In this document: positions 18,911 to 29,158 of the stretch, one piece after another
Layout of the letters: each line of letters begins with the position of its first letter
Position numbering within the stretch: position 1 is the first letter of the stretch
From: Deltaproteobacteria bacterium
GTDB taxonomy: Bacteria; BMS3Abin14
Assembly: GCA_013151915.1 (NCBI GenBank)
Contig: JAADHJ010000044.1
Span: forward strand, 329 to 64,328
Direction of reading: 5' to 3'
DNA length: 64,000 bases
Translations under genes and position numbers: made by a program
The notes under the pieces: generated by a model
What the model was told of the DNA's origin: nothing
The model's input: only the letters and a program-made list of their open reading frames with translations
Database searches by the model: none

Positions 18911-19593
18911 AAGATTTCAAGATCAAGATCGAAGAGCCGAAGCTTCTGTCGGAGGATATCGCCGACTCCATAAGAACGGCCATCATCAAAGGAAAGTTCC
19001 GTCCGGGGGAGAAGATATCCGAGGGCGAACTGGCCGATTCCATGGGAATCAGCCGTACCCCTCTCCGGGAAGCGTTCCGGAAGCTGGAAAACGAGGGGTT
19101 CATAGAGATAATCCCACGGAAAGGGGCTGTTGTTACCGAGATCAACCCCGATGAAGCCTTCCAGCTTTACGAGATAAAAAGCACCCTTGAAGGTCTTGCC
19201 GCCCGTCTTGCAGCCTCCCGTATGACAGGGAAGGACATCGAAAAGCTGGAGAAGATCAACGCCGAGCTTGAAAATCTTCAGGCAGCGGATGACCTTGATG
19301 GATTTTACAAAACCCACTGCAGGTTTCATGATGTTTTCGTAAAACTCTGCGGGAACAACCGTCTCATCCAGATGATTTCCAACCTGAACGACCATTTCAA
19401 ACGTTTCAGTGTCGTTTCTCTAACCTTTCCAGGGCAATTTGATGAAGCGGCCAGACAACACAGGGAGATTATTGATGCCTTCCGAAGCGGTGATAAAAGG
19501 AGTATCGAGGCCAAGGTAAGGGAAAACGTTATTACCGGCGGCTTTGTTCTCGTTGAAAATCTCTCCGGAAAAGAGGGTGTTGACCGAAAATAA
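18907..19593 (+). CDS. GntR-family (FadR/FCD) regulator 2
   Basis: ELADSMGISRTPLREAFRKLENEG; TTG start overlaps the stop of regulator 1. Confidence 0.93.
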   Translation: MKDFKIKIEEPKLLSEDIADSIRTAIIKGKFRPGEKISEGELADSMGISRTPLREAFRKLENEGFIEIIPRKGAVVTEINPDEAFQLYEIKSTLEGLAARLAASRMTGKDIEKLEKINAELENLQAADDLDGFYKTHCRFHDVFVKLCGNNRLIQMISNLNDHFKRFSVVSLTFPGQFDEAARQHREIIDAFRSGDKRSIEAKVRENVITGGFVLVENLSGKEGVDRK

Positions 19594-19678
19594 TCGGTAT
19601 CGGCGGATTTCCGTATCGTGTACTCCTTTTTCAGCGCCGCCGCCCCGGTTTTCCGTGGCAATTGATTCCCCGGCAATT

Positions 19679-19810
19679 ATGATAGGGTCGTAAAAAGTCC
19701 GTTAACGGCTTTTTACTCCACGGAAAGCGAAAAGTGTCATTTTCACTTTCCTCACAAATCTTCGATTTGGGTGCCCCGTAGTAGGCGCATTAGTGTCATT
19801 TTCACTTTCT
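19679..19810. repeat. Repeat family B, long copy
   Basis: gatagggtcgtaaaaagtcc...gaaagcgaaaagtgtcattttcactttc aligns with 8081-8160. Confidence 0.8.
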
Positions 19811-19886
19811 ATCTGACATAATAAAAATTAATGAACTTATTGCAGATCTGCACGATTCCCACGGTGACAGGGGACCGGAGGAGCGC

Positions 19887-22712
19887 TTGAAAAACACTCG
19901 CATGAGCAGAAGAGGCTTCCTGAAAATCGGAGGCGGTCTTCTCCTTACCATCCTGCCTCCCGGCAGGGGAGAGGCATTTCGGGGACCAAAAACCCGTTCC
20001 GTGGTTTATGGCAGCGAAACGCCCAGCCGGTGTCCCCTTTGCTCCATGGGCTGCGGCGTTATTTATTTCAGGGACAGCGATGGACGATGGAACGTGGAAG
20101 GAGACCCGGATTGCCCAGTGGCCATGGGTTCCCTGTGCGCGCGTGGAAATTCTTTGATCGCCGTCACTGATGCCGCGGCATCGGTTGGGGCCCTGCACCG
20201 ATATCCGGGCGAATCCCGTTGGCGGAAGGTTTCCTGGGATGATGCCGTCCATCTGGTCGGGCGGCGGATCAAGGATGTCCGGGACCGTGAAATGAGGGGG
20301 AGAGCCGATTCCAAGGGGTCTTCAAACCGTCTGGAGAACCTTGGGATGATATGCGGAGGGAGCCTGACCAACGAAGAGGCATATCTTCTTGCCAAACTCT
20401 TCCGGTCCATCGGAACCGTCAATATGGATACTACCGTCAGGGCCAGCCGTGGAATGGCTATCCTCGGCCTGTTGAGTGTCCTTGGCCTTCCCGCTCCAAC
20501 CCATCCGCCGACCGATGTTGCCGAAAGCGACCTGGTCATCGTGGCCGGGTGCAACCCGGGCCAGACCGTGCCTGTACTCTCCCGCGCCCTGGACGAGGTG
20601 AGGCGGAGGAGCGGGACGGTGGTGTTTATTGAACCCAGATGGACTGAATCCATTAAAACCGGCGATATCTGGCTCCAGATCCGGCCCGGATGCGATGCTG
20701 CTGTCTTCGGCGGCTTTATCTCATGGATACTCGAACACGGGAAACGCAGGACCGAGGAACTGGTCAAGCATACAGACGCCTCTTTCTCAACTCTGACCGA
20801 GATCATGGGACAGTACCAGCGCTTTACAGGCGGCAAATCCAGGGGTATGCCAAAGAGCGATCCGGAGCTTTCCGGGCCCTATACCATCTATCAGCGATTG
20901 ATACGGCACTACCGCCGATATAACCTGCGGAAAATCGCCGGGATCTCCGGGGTGGATCGGGATCTTTTTCGAAGGGTCTGCAAGGAACTGGTGAGAACGG
21001 GCCGTCAGGAATTCTCCGCCTCTTTTATCCTTGGGGCCGGTGCGTTATGCCGTCCATCGGGATCAGATACCGTTCGTATGGCCGCGATGATTCAGACTCT
21101 GCTGGGAAACCTGAAAAAACGGGGTGGCGGGATCGTTGTTCCATCCGGAGCTGGAAACGCCCAAGGTGTTTGCGACATGGGCCTCCTGGCATCATATCTT
21201 CCCGGCTATCTTCCTCTGCCGTTGGAGGGGACCGATTCCCGTAAAACCGGATTTGGAGGGGAGGACCCGGGCGCCATGGAAGCCCTGGCCAGGGCCTGGT
21301 TCGACAGTAAAAAACCGTCCGAGGCAGTAGGCTTTCTACCTGTAGTGAAAAAGGACGAGGGGATATCCATCAGCACCATCCTCCGTGACGTTGCCAATGA
21401 AAAAATCAAGGTACTGATAGTTATCGGTTCCGACGTGGTCAACAGTTTCCCCGGTGGAAAAACAGTCCGTGGGGCGTTGGAGAAACTAGATCTCCTTGTT
21501 GTTGTTGACACAGCACCCAACGAGACCAGTCTCTTCTGGAAGGAGACCGCCCGTGGGAGTTCCGCCCTTAAGACGGAGGTTATTTTTATCCCCATGGAAC
21601 CCCCGGCCCTTCGTTCCGGAAGCATGACGGATGCGGGAAGAAGGGTCCGCCGTATTGTCCCCGCCCACGGCCTGCCGGAAACGGTTCCTTCTCTTCTCAA
21701 TACCATCACCCGGCTCGGTGTTATCATAAAGAAAATGGCCCGCAGCGAAGGAGGTCCTGGTATCTCTCCGATAACGTCCCTGAGATGGCCCATTTGGGCC
21801 GATCCGGAGGCCGTTGCCAGGGAGATCAACGGGGTAGTGGACGGTGGGGTTGAGGAGGTGACCCCGCTCGGCCCCGGCCGGGACTGGCCCAGGGGGTCGT
21901 CCTGCGGTAACCGTCTCTACCGCGGCCAGGTGACCGATGAGGCGTGGTTGGCCGGGAGAAGGGATTTCTCGGATCCCTACGGCCTCGGACTTTTTGAACG
22001 GTGGGGCTGGTTCTGGCCCTGGGGAATGCCCGATCCGTTTTCCTGGGTCTTTGGCCATGAACGGGACCGGTCCGTACTGCTTCGCTGGTCAGGTTCGCCG
22101 AAGGTCATACCCGATCTGTCAATCCGGTTCTGGAGAATAACAGCAGTGGGTCCACCCTTCCCGGACCACTACGAACCCTTTCACAGCCCCCTTCCCGATT
22201 ATCTGACGGGGGGCAGATCCGACCCGTCAATTGAGAAAATGGACGATAGTTCCGGTCCATGGGACTATCTTTCCAGGAGACCGGAGGATGTGCTGGGTAG
22301 ATTTCCGGTGATCATGACGACCCATCGTACAGGCAACACAATGGGAAGCGGGGGTATCCTGGGGCAGGTGGGGTGGCTCAAGGAGCTGGGAACCGACCGA
22401 ATGCTGGAGATGGGACCGGACATGGCAGCCGAACTGAAGGTGGTCAGCGGCGATGCGGTCGATATTAAAACGCCGTTTGTTACGGAACCTGTCCGTGCCC
22501 TGGCGCTTGTCACTTCCCGTCTGGGGAATTTTGGGTATAATGGGAAGCGTTACCATGTCACTTCCGTTACCGGTTTAAAACCCGGCCGGCCGGGGACCAA
22601 CGAGCTCTTTTCCCCTGTCTTCAACGGCAGGGAGGGAGGCCTGCAGTTGAAAGCATTCATGGTGAAGGTGGAGAAGGCGAAAACAGGAGGACACAATGGC
22701 AAGCTCGAATGA
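19887..22712 (+). CDS. Tat-exported FDH-N alpha-like molybdopterin-oxidoreductase paralogue lacking the Sec/His/Arg catalytic residues
   Basis: SRRGFLK; CPLCSMGC..CARG; collinear with FdnG to the terminal KAFMVKVEKA, but DTTVRASRG replaces EHQARIUHS. Confidence 0.88.
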   Translation: MKNTRMSRRGFLKIGGGLLLTILPPGRGEAFRGPKTRSVVYGSETPSRCPLCSMGCGVIYFRDSDGRWNVEGDPDCPVAMGSLCARGNSLIAVTDAAASVGALHRYPGESRWRKVSWDDAVHLVGRRIKDVRDREMRGRADSKGSSNRLENLGMICGGSLTNEEAYLLAKLFRSIGTVNMDTTVRASRGMAILGLLSVLGLPAPTHPPTDVAESDLVIVAGCNPGQTVPVLSRALDEVRRRSGTVVFIEPRWTESIKTGDIWLQIRPGCDAAVFGGFISWILEHGKRRTEELVKHTDASFSTLTEIMGQYQRFTGGKSRGMPKSDPELSGPYTIYQRLIRHYRRYNLRKIAGISGVDRDLFRRVCKELVRTGRQEFSASFILGAGALCRPSGSDTVRMAAMIQTLLGNLKKRGGGIVVPSGAGNAQGVCDMGLLASYLPGYLPLPLEGTDSRKTGFGGEDPGAMEALARAWFDSKKPSEAVGFLPVVKKDEGISISTILRDVANEKIKVLIVIGSDVVNSFPGGKTVRGALEKLDLLVVVDTAPNETSLFWKETARGSSALKTEVIFIPMEPPALRSGSMTDAGRRVRRIVPAHGLPETVPSLLNTITRLGVIIKKMARSEGGPGISPITSLRWPIWADPEAVAREINGVVDGGVEEVTPLGPGRDWPRGSSCGNRLYRGQVTDEAWLAGRRDFSDPYGLGLFERWGWFWPWGMPDPFSWVFGHERDRSVLLRWSGSPKVIPDLSIRFWRITAVGPPFPDHYEPFHSPLPDYLTGGRSDPSIEKMDDSSGPWDYLSRRPEDVLGRFPVIMTTHRTGNTMGSGGILGQVGWLKELGTDRMLEMGPDMAAELKVVSGDAVDIKTPFVTEPVRALALVTSRLGNFGYNGKRYHVTSVTGLKPGRPGTNELFSPVFNGREGGLQLKAFMVKVEKAKTGGHNGKLE

Positions 22713-23646
22713 AACCGGTTCGAATGCTATCCAGGCCCTCTTTCAGGGGGAAATGGACATGGAGGGAATGGAAGAGGTTCTGGAGCTTTACAGGGCACTT
22801 TCCACCCTCAACGCGAAGGCGCTGAAACCCGGGAAAAAGTTTCATGCACCAGGCGGGGATGAGGCCGAAATGAGGTTGAAGGAAGGGTTCATCCTTCTTC
22901 AGCCCGCCGAGATCATTCCCTCCGAGAAAGCCCTGCTTAACAGGGCCGTGGAGATACTCGAAGTACTAAAGCTCCATTCCGACCACGAGGGTGAAAAAGA
23001 GGAGGCATCGAACCTTCTCGAGGGAAAAGGGCTGTTTCGAAAAATGGTGGAAAATTACCTTGTTGACGGCGAGGACAGGCTTCGGGAAAGGGGCGTCATC
23101 CCTCAGTCCCTCAATTCGGAGGTCGCCCTCTTTACGGTCTTTAACGTCCTGAAGGGAACCTTTAAAGATATATCCCGGGCCTTCGGGAATGTTGACACTT
23201 CAGATTGGGAGCATGGATTCTGTCCCGTCTGCGGGGGAGGTCCCGCTGTTGCGACACTGGAGGGGGAGGGCGGAAAACGACATCTGATCTGCCACAGGTG
23301 TGAGACCAAGTGGCGTTTTGGAAGGATCCTGTGCCCTTTCTGCGGGAACAGCGACCACGAGAAGCTGGGGTTCTTCACTCTGGAAGACGGGGACAGCAGG
23401 CTGAGGGTGGATTTCTGCAATAGTTGCAGGGGATACATAAAAACGTGGGAAACAGGCGAGGATGACAATGGCCATCCGGAGGTGGAGGATCTCAAGACTC
23501 CCGGCTACGATCTGGCCGCGGAAGGGGAAGGGTACAGGAGAGGCGCCCCCAATATTTTCGGTGTCTGGGTTGGTTTTGACCTGGATGATGGGAGTAAGCC
23601 GGATGATGACCCGCCTGATCCGGAACGTGTTCCCCGGTCTTCATAA
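22696..23646 (+). CDS. fdhE: Formate dehydrogenase maturation protein
   Basis: CPVCG, CHRC..W...R..CPFCG, CNSC.GY.K. Confidence 0.92.
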   Translation: MASSNETGSNAIQALFQGEMDMEGMEEVLELYRALSTLNAKALKPGKKFHAPGGDEAEMRLKEGFILLQPAEIIPSEKALLNRAVEILEVLKLHSDHEGEKEEASNLLEGKGLFRKMVENYLVDGEDRLRERGVIPQSLNSEVALFTVFNVLKGTFKDISRAFGNVDTSDWEHGFCPVCGGGPAVATLEGEGGKRHLICHRCETKWRFGRILCPFCGNSDHEKLGFFTLEDGDSRLRVDFCNSCRGYIKTWETGEDDNGHPEVEDLKTPGYDLAAEGEGYRRGAPNIFGVWVGFDLDDGSKPDDDPPDPERVPRSS

Positions 23647-24023
23647 GGCTGTGAACATGGTCCTCACAACATAGTGCAGACTATGCGCCGGTTTTTTGCC
23701 AAAACATGGTTTTAGTGGTTGAAATTGATAATTTGATGGGGTAAAATTTATCTATAAAAATCGCTGAATACCAAATAGCTGACTTCCGATCCTGTTGCGT
23801 CCTACCGGGATGGGCAGGACGATAGGGTGCGGGGAGCAATCGCCGTGCCTGCCGTTTTTTGCAAAGGAAGCCGTGACAAGGTCATGGCTTCCTTCTGTTT
23901 TTTGGAGGGGTTTTTTCTGGACGGAACGGATCCAGGGAGAAGGGAGGTGAGCCCTGGAGATAATAGTGCGATCGGTCCCGAAAAAAGCTTGGACCTGTTA
24001 TTAACCGTGAGGAAAGGAAGGTG

Positions 24024-27000
24024 ATGACAAGGATGAATGTTACCAGGAGAGATTTTTTAAAGATCTCCGGCGTCGGTGTGTCCGGTGCGGCGTTAGGAGG
24101 ACTCGGTCTTCGTGGTACATCCATGGCCGGGGCCAGAGGCGGTAATACGGCCATCAAGTACTCCAGGGAGTCGACCTCCATCTGTCCCTTCTGTGCCGTC
24201 GGATGCGGTCTTATTATCCAGGCCCACAACGGCAAGGTCGTCTACATTGACGGCGATCCGGATCATCCGATCAACGAGGGATCCCTATGCTCCAAAGCGC
24301 AGGCTGTGCGCCATGTCTCCGACAGCCCGTGGCGCATCACCAAGCCCCTGTACCGGGCCCCGAAGAGGGGGGAATGGAAAGAGGTCAGCTGGGACTGGGC
24401 CTACAGTGAGATTGCCAAGAGGATAAAAAAGAGCCGCGACGCGGGCTTTACCAGGATCAATGCCGGCGGACAGGTAGTCAACCGGAACGACGGGATTGCT
24501 TCGGTGGGTTCCGCAGCCCTCGACAACGAGGAGTGCTACATCCTTCAGAAGTGGCTCCGAGCACTGGGCCTGGTGTATATCGAACATCAGGCAAGGATAT
24601 GACACAGCGCTACTGTAGCGGCTCTGGCAGAGTCGTTCGGACGCGGCGCAATGACAAACCACTGGATCGACATCCGCAATTCGGATGTTATCCTGATCAA
24701 CGGCTCCAACGCCGCTGAGAACCATCCTATCTCATTCAAGTGGGTCAATAAGGCGCTGGAGAACGGCGCCAAGCTTATCAGTGTTGACCCGAGGTTTACC
24801 CGGACCTCCTCCAAGGCTGATATTTACGCCCCCATGAGGTCGGGAACGGATATCGCCTTCCTGGGCGGGATGATCAAGTACATCCTTGACAACGAGCTTT
24901 TCCACAGAGATTACGTGCGGATGTACACCAACGGCCCGTTCATCGTTAACGCAGGCTTCAAAATGCCGGGCGACCTGGACGGAGTGTTCTCCGGCTACGA
25001 TCCCAAGAAGAGGAAGTACGACAAGAAGGCGTGGGCCCTCGTGAAAGACGGCAAGGGCGTAATTAAAAAGGATCCCGGTATGAAGGATCCAATGTGCGTT
25101 CTCCAGCTTCTTAAAAAGCAATTCTCACGCTATACCCTGGATAAGGTGTCGGCCATCTGCGGCACACCCAAGGAAAAGCTGTTGGAGGTCTACAAAACCT
25201 ACGTCTCTACGGGAAAGCCCACCCGGACGGGCACTATCATGTACGCCATGGGGTGGACCCAGCATACGGTGGGTACTCAGAATATCCGGACCATGGCCAT
25301 AATCCAGCTCCTGCTGGGCAATATCGGGATGTCGGGCGGCGGCGTTAACGCCCTGAGGGGTGAATCCAACGTTCAGGGTTCCACGGACCACTGCCTGCTG
25401 TTTCACATCCTGCCGGGCTATCTGAAGACCCCGAGGGCCAAGGACTCCTCCTTCGCCAGGTACAATAACGCCTATACCCCCAAGACCAGTGAGCCCTATT
25501 CGGCCAACTGGTGGTCCAATTACCCGAAGTACAGCGCAAGCCTGCTCCGGGCGCACTTCGGAAAAAGCGCCTCTCTGGAGACCCAGTACCAGTGGCTGCC
25601 GAAGCTTGACAACGGACAGAACGCCTCCTGGCTGATGCTCTTCGACGAGATGTACAAGGGCAAGTTCACGGGATTCTTCGCCTGGGGACAGAACCCGGCA
25701 TGTTCCGGCGCCGATTCCGCCAAGACCCGCCAGGCCCTGACAAAGCTGGACTGGATGGTCAACGTTAACCTGTTCGACAACGAAACCGGCTCTTTCTGGC
25801 GCGGTCCCGGAATGGACCCTTCCCAGATCAAGACGGAGGTCTTCTTCCTGCCCTGCGCCATGTCCTTCGAGAAGGAGGGAAGCATCACCAACAGCGGCCG
25901 CTGGGGCCAGTGGCGATATGCCGCGGCGCCACCTCCGGCACCACCCGATTCGGAGCTTCTCAATGAACTCCAGTTCCGGGTTAAAAAGCTGTACCAGGAA
26001 CAGGGCGGCGTCTTCCCCGATCCCATCCTGAACATGACCTGGGATTACGGCCCCAAGGGACCCGACGGCAAAGTGCGCCGCATGGATACCCACCTCATCG
26101 CCAAGGAGATCAACGGGTATTTCCTCGAGGAAAGGACCATTAAGGGCAAAACCTACAAACCCGGCGACCTCGTACCGTCCTTCGGTTTTCTGCAGGCCGA
26201 TGGGTCCACTTCGTCGGGCAACTGGCTCTACTCCCAATCCTACAACGGCAACGGTAACAATATGGCCCGCCGGGGCAAGTCCGATCCCACGGGCACCGGC
26301 CTTTATAACGGCTGGTCCTGGTGCTGGCCCGTCAACCGGCGGATCATCTATAATCGCGCCAGCGTCGACGAGTACGGCAAGCCCTGGGCTCCCCAGAAGC
26401 CGGTCATCTACTGGAACGGCGCGAAATGGGTTGGTGACGTTCCTGACGGCGGGTGGCCGCCCCTGCGGAAACCTGATGGAACGTGGAACGAAAAGACCAA
26501 GCTGGCCTACATCATGAAACCCGAGGGTGTTTCCAGGCTCTTCGGTCCGGGCCGTGCGGATGGACCATTCCCCGAGCACTACGAGCCCTTGGAGAGTCCC
26601 CTCGAGAAAAACCTCATGAGCCCACAGAGGGTCAACCCGGCGATCAAGATTTTCTCGGGGAAACTCGATCAGTTCCTTAACGACGACGACCGCTATCCAC
26701 TCGTCGCCACGACCTACCGGCTCACGGAGCACTGGCAGACGGGTGTGCTGACCCGCTGGCTGCCCTGGCAGGTCGAAATGCAGCCTGCCAACTTCGTAGA
26801 GATAAGCGAGGAGCTCGCCAAGGAAAAGGGTATCGGAAACGGGGACAAAGTCGTTGTCTCCTCCGCCCGTTCAAGCGTGGACGCGGTTGCCCTGGTGACG
26901 AAGCGCTTCACACCGTTCAAGATCGCGGGTGCCATCGTGCACCAGGTGGGTCTGCCCTGGTGCTTCGGATGGGCCACCACCAAGGAAAACGACGTCATGG

Positions 27001-27128
27001 CCAACGGCAAAGTGTACACCAACCACACTTTCGGCGATTCTTCCAACCTGTTGACTCCATTCGTTGGGGATGCCAACACAATGATTCCTGAGACGAAGGC
27101 CTTCATGGTCAACGTCAAGAAGGCATAG
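24024..27128 (+). CDS. fdnG: Selenocysteine-containing formate dehydrogenase alpha subunit (TGA at 24600-24602 read as Sec)
   Basis: TRRDFLK Tat signal, CPFCAVGC..CSK, EHQARI-U-HSATVAALAESFGRGAMTNHW in frame across the TGA, ALRGESNVQG; selA and selB nearby. Confidence 0.96.
24603..24640 (+). promoter_or_regulatory. Bacterial SECIS element
   Basis: Hairpin GGCTCT-GGC-AGAGTC (24620-24634) with G in the loop, starting 17 nt after the UGA. Confidence 0.7.
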
Positions 27129-27144
27129 AAAGGGGGTGATTTGA

Positions 27145-27933
27145 GTGGCTGAGAAAATGATAGTAATCGATACATCCAAATGCATGGCCTGCCGCGGCTG
27201 CCAGACAGCCTGCAAGCAGTGGAATAACCTTTCGGCGGTGGTAACGGAAAATCACGGCAGCTACGAGAACCCCCCGGACCTCTCCTACAACACCTACACC
27301 AGGATACTTTTCAACGAGGTGGAGACGGATGGAGGTCTGCGCTGGTTCTTCGGCCAGGCCCGGTGCATGCACTGCTCGGATGCCGGGTGCATGAAGGCCT
27401 GCCCGGTCCCCGGCGCCATTACCCGCGACGGCAATGGGGCTGTCGTTATCAATCAGGATGTTTGCACCGGCTGCAAGTACTGTGTCTTCGGGTGCCCGTT
27501 CAACGTCCCGCGTTTCGATAGGGGTAACGCAGAGGGCGCCGGCGTGGATAAGGCGTTCAAGTGCACCATGTGCTTTGACCGCCAGTCCATGGGAATGGAG
27601 CCGGCATGCACCAAAACATGTCCTACGGGTGCTCTTTTCTTTACCCGCAGCTCCAAACTTCCGGCCGTCAAAGCCATGGCCAAGGAAAAGGGACTTACGG
27701 TATACGATGGCGGGGCACTGAACACCCACGTAGTCGTTCTCCTGGAGGACAAACCTTCGGTTTACGGGCTCCCCGACAAACCGGCCATCCCCACGTCGAC
27801 CTATCTGTGGCGGTCGGTCATGAAGCCTCTTGGTGTCGTAGTCTTCCTGGCGGGAGTATTCGCGGCCATTGCCCATTTCGTGACCATTGGACCTCAGGAA
27901 GCCGATGAGGAAGGAGGTGACAGCGATGTCTAA
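27145..27933 (+). CDS. fdnH: Formate dehydrogenase iron-sulfur (beta) subunit
   Basis: Four CxxCxxC motifs (CMACRGC, CMHC..C..ACP, CTGCKYC..CP, KCTMC..PAC..TCP); C-terminal TM. Confidence 0.94.
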   Translation: MAEKMIVIDTSKCMACRGCQTACKQWNNLSAVVTENHGSYENPPDLSYNTYTRILFNEVETDGGLRWFFGQARCMHCSDAGCMKACPVPGAITRDGNGAVVINQDVCTGCKYCVFGCPFNVPRFDRGNAEGAGVDKAFKCTMCFDRQSMGMEPACTKTCPTGALFFTRSSKLPAVKAMAKEKGLTVYDGGALNTHVVVLLEDKPSVYGLPDKPAIPTSTYLWRSVMKPLGVVVFLAGVFAAIAHFVTIGPQEADEEGGDSDV

Positions 27934-28528
27934 ACATCTTATTAAGCGCTATACCTCCGGTGAGAGGTTCTTCCACTGGCTCAATATGCTGGCCTTCATC
28001 GTGCTGGCCCTGACCGGATTGGGGCTTTACAGCCACAAATTCTTCTGGCTAACGGGTGTTTTCGGCGGGGTGGACATGTCCAGGGGTATTCACCATTACA
28101 CAGGATTGGTGTTCATTGTGACGACCTTCATCATCTTCTTCCAGTGGATGAAGGACTACACCACACCTGGCCAGGATTCCCTGGGGATCGTCATCAAGGA
28201 GTATATGGACCCGTCTTTCCATGGCCCTGACGCAGGCAAGCTTAACGCCGGCCAGAAGTCCCTCGGTTGGACGGTTTTCCTGCTCGGCCTGCTCATGGGC
28301 GCAACAGGGTTGGCCTTGTGGTTCCCCTTCACCTTGGGGCGTGGACTTCAGCAGTGGATGTACTTCCTCCACAACCTTGGATTCATCTTCTTCATGCTGG
28401 CAATGATCGCGCATGTGTACATGGGAACCGCTGCCAATCCCGGAACCTGGAGGGCCATGACCAAAGGTACGGTTACCAAGGCCTGGGCCAAAAAACACCA
28501 TGGCGCCTGGGAAGGCGAAGAAGTGTAG
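27926..28528 (+). CDS. fdnI: Formate dehydrogenase cytochrome b (gamma) subunit
   Basis: ER.FHW, IHH, GKLNAGQK, LHN, HVYM, AMTKGTV..WAKKHH..W. Confidence 0.93.
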   Translation: MSKHLIKRYTSGERFFHWLNMLAFIVLALTGLGLYSHKFFWLTGVFGGVDMSRGIHHYTGLVFIVTTFIIFFQWMKDYTTPGQDSLGIVIKEYMDPSFHGPDAGKLNAGQKSLGWTVFLLGLLMGATGLALWFPFTLGRGLQQWMYFLHNLGFIFFMLAMIAHVYMGTAANPGTWRAMTKGTVTKAWAKKHHGAWEGEEV

Positions 28529-28557
28529 CAGAGTAACACAGCATCCTGAAAAGGGTG

Positions 28558-28588
28558 AAAGGGGCTCCGAAATGGGGCCCTTTTTTTT
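28558..28588 (+). terminator. Intrinsic terminator after fdnI
   Basis: aaaggggctcc gaaat ggggcccttt followed by a T run. Confidence 0.8.
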
Positions 28589-28590
28589 GG

Positions 28591-29054
28591 GGGTCATCCT
28601 GGGAATGCGTACCTGAATGAATACCGGATCGGGTAAAAAGACAATTTAACACAGGGTACACGGGGTTAAGCAGGGTACACAGAGTTAAGGCAAAATTCTT
28701 AACGGGTTCAAGATTTCTAACGTCCTACCCGGCGTACCTTGCGGTGAAACAGCTTTATTTCTGTTTTTGCACAGTTCAAGAACAAAGCTGACCGCAAGTT
28801 AACGAAGTTTTGCTAACTTTAAAACCAGGACCTTATGGTTTTTAGATCTCCTCTGCTTGCCAGGTCGAAGCCTTGGCGAAGACTGGTAAAACCCTCTTTA
28901 AAACCCTGTGGAACGGCCTGCGAAGGGCCGTGCTGTGATAAATTAGCTTTTGACCTTCTCAGCTCCGCCCGGGATTGCCGCGTCACTTTCGTCTCCCTCG
29001 ATGCTCCTCGCAATGACAGCAAAATAATAAAGGTACGCGTTAACCGGATGAACC
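28591..29054 (+). mobile_element. Complete MITE (subtype A), 464 bp
   Basis: Left gggtcatcctgggaatgcgtacct and right aggtacgcgttaaccggatgaacc are imperfect inverted repeats; inserted next to the terminator T tract. Confidence 0.85.
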
Positions 29055-29158
29055 CTTTTTTTCTGTTTTCCCGAGTGGTTCCTTGACAAGTAGCAGTCCG
29101 TATTGGACTATTGATTCTTACACCGGTTGTTGAATGTTCTCCATATAAAGGACCATCG

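Noticed and set aside
23780-24020. Moco/Tuco riboswitch upstream of fdnG
   Set aside because: Hairpins are present but I could not match the conserved motif; an Rfam scan would settle it.
24021-24602. Separate 193-aa gene followed by an 825-aa gene
   Set aside because: Same frame, conserved sequence across the TGA and a SECIS-like hairpin: one selenoprotein.
25125-26732. 535-aa antisense ORF (also 11988-13106, 32368-33498, 54998-56110, 5061-6161)
   Set aside because: Shadow frames of GC-rich genes or repeats; no recognisable motifs and they overlap well-supported CDSs.
28581-28590. Target-site duplication for the 28591 MITE copy
   Set aside because: Both flanks are T-rich but do not give an exact 8-bp match at the element ends.
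28835-29086. 83-aa ORF similar to the rimO upstream extension
   Set aside because: The similarity simply reflects two copies of the same MITE.
28529-29158. tRNA-Sec (selC) near selAB
   Set aside because: No cloverleaf or T-loop motif found; the spacer is a terminator plus a MITE. No tRNA or rRNA was recognised in the window.
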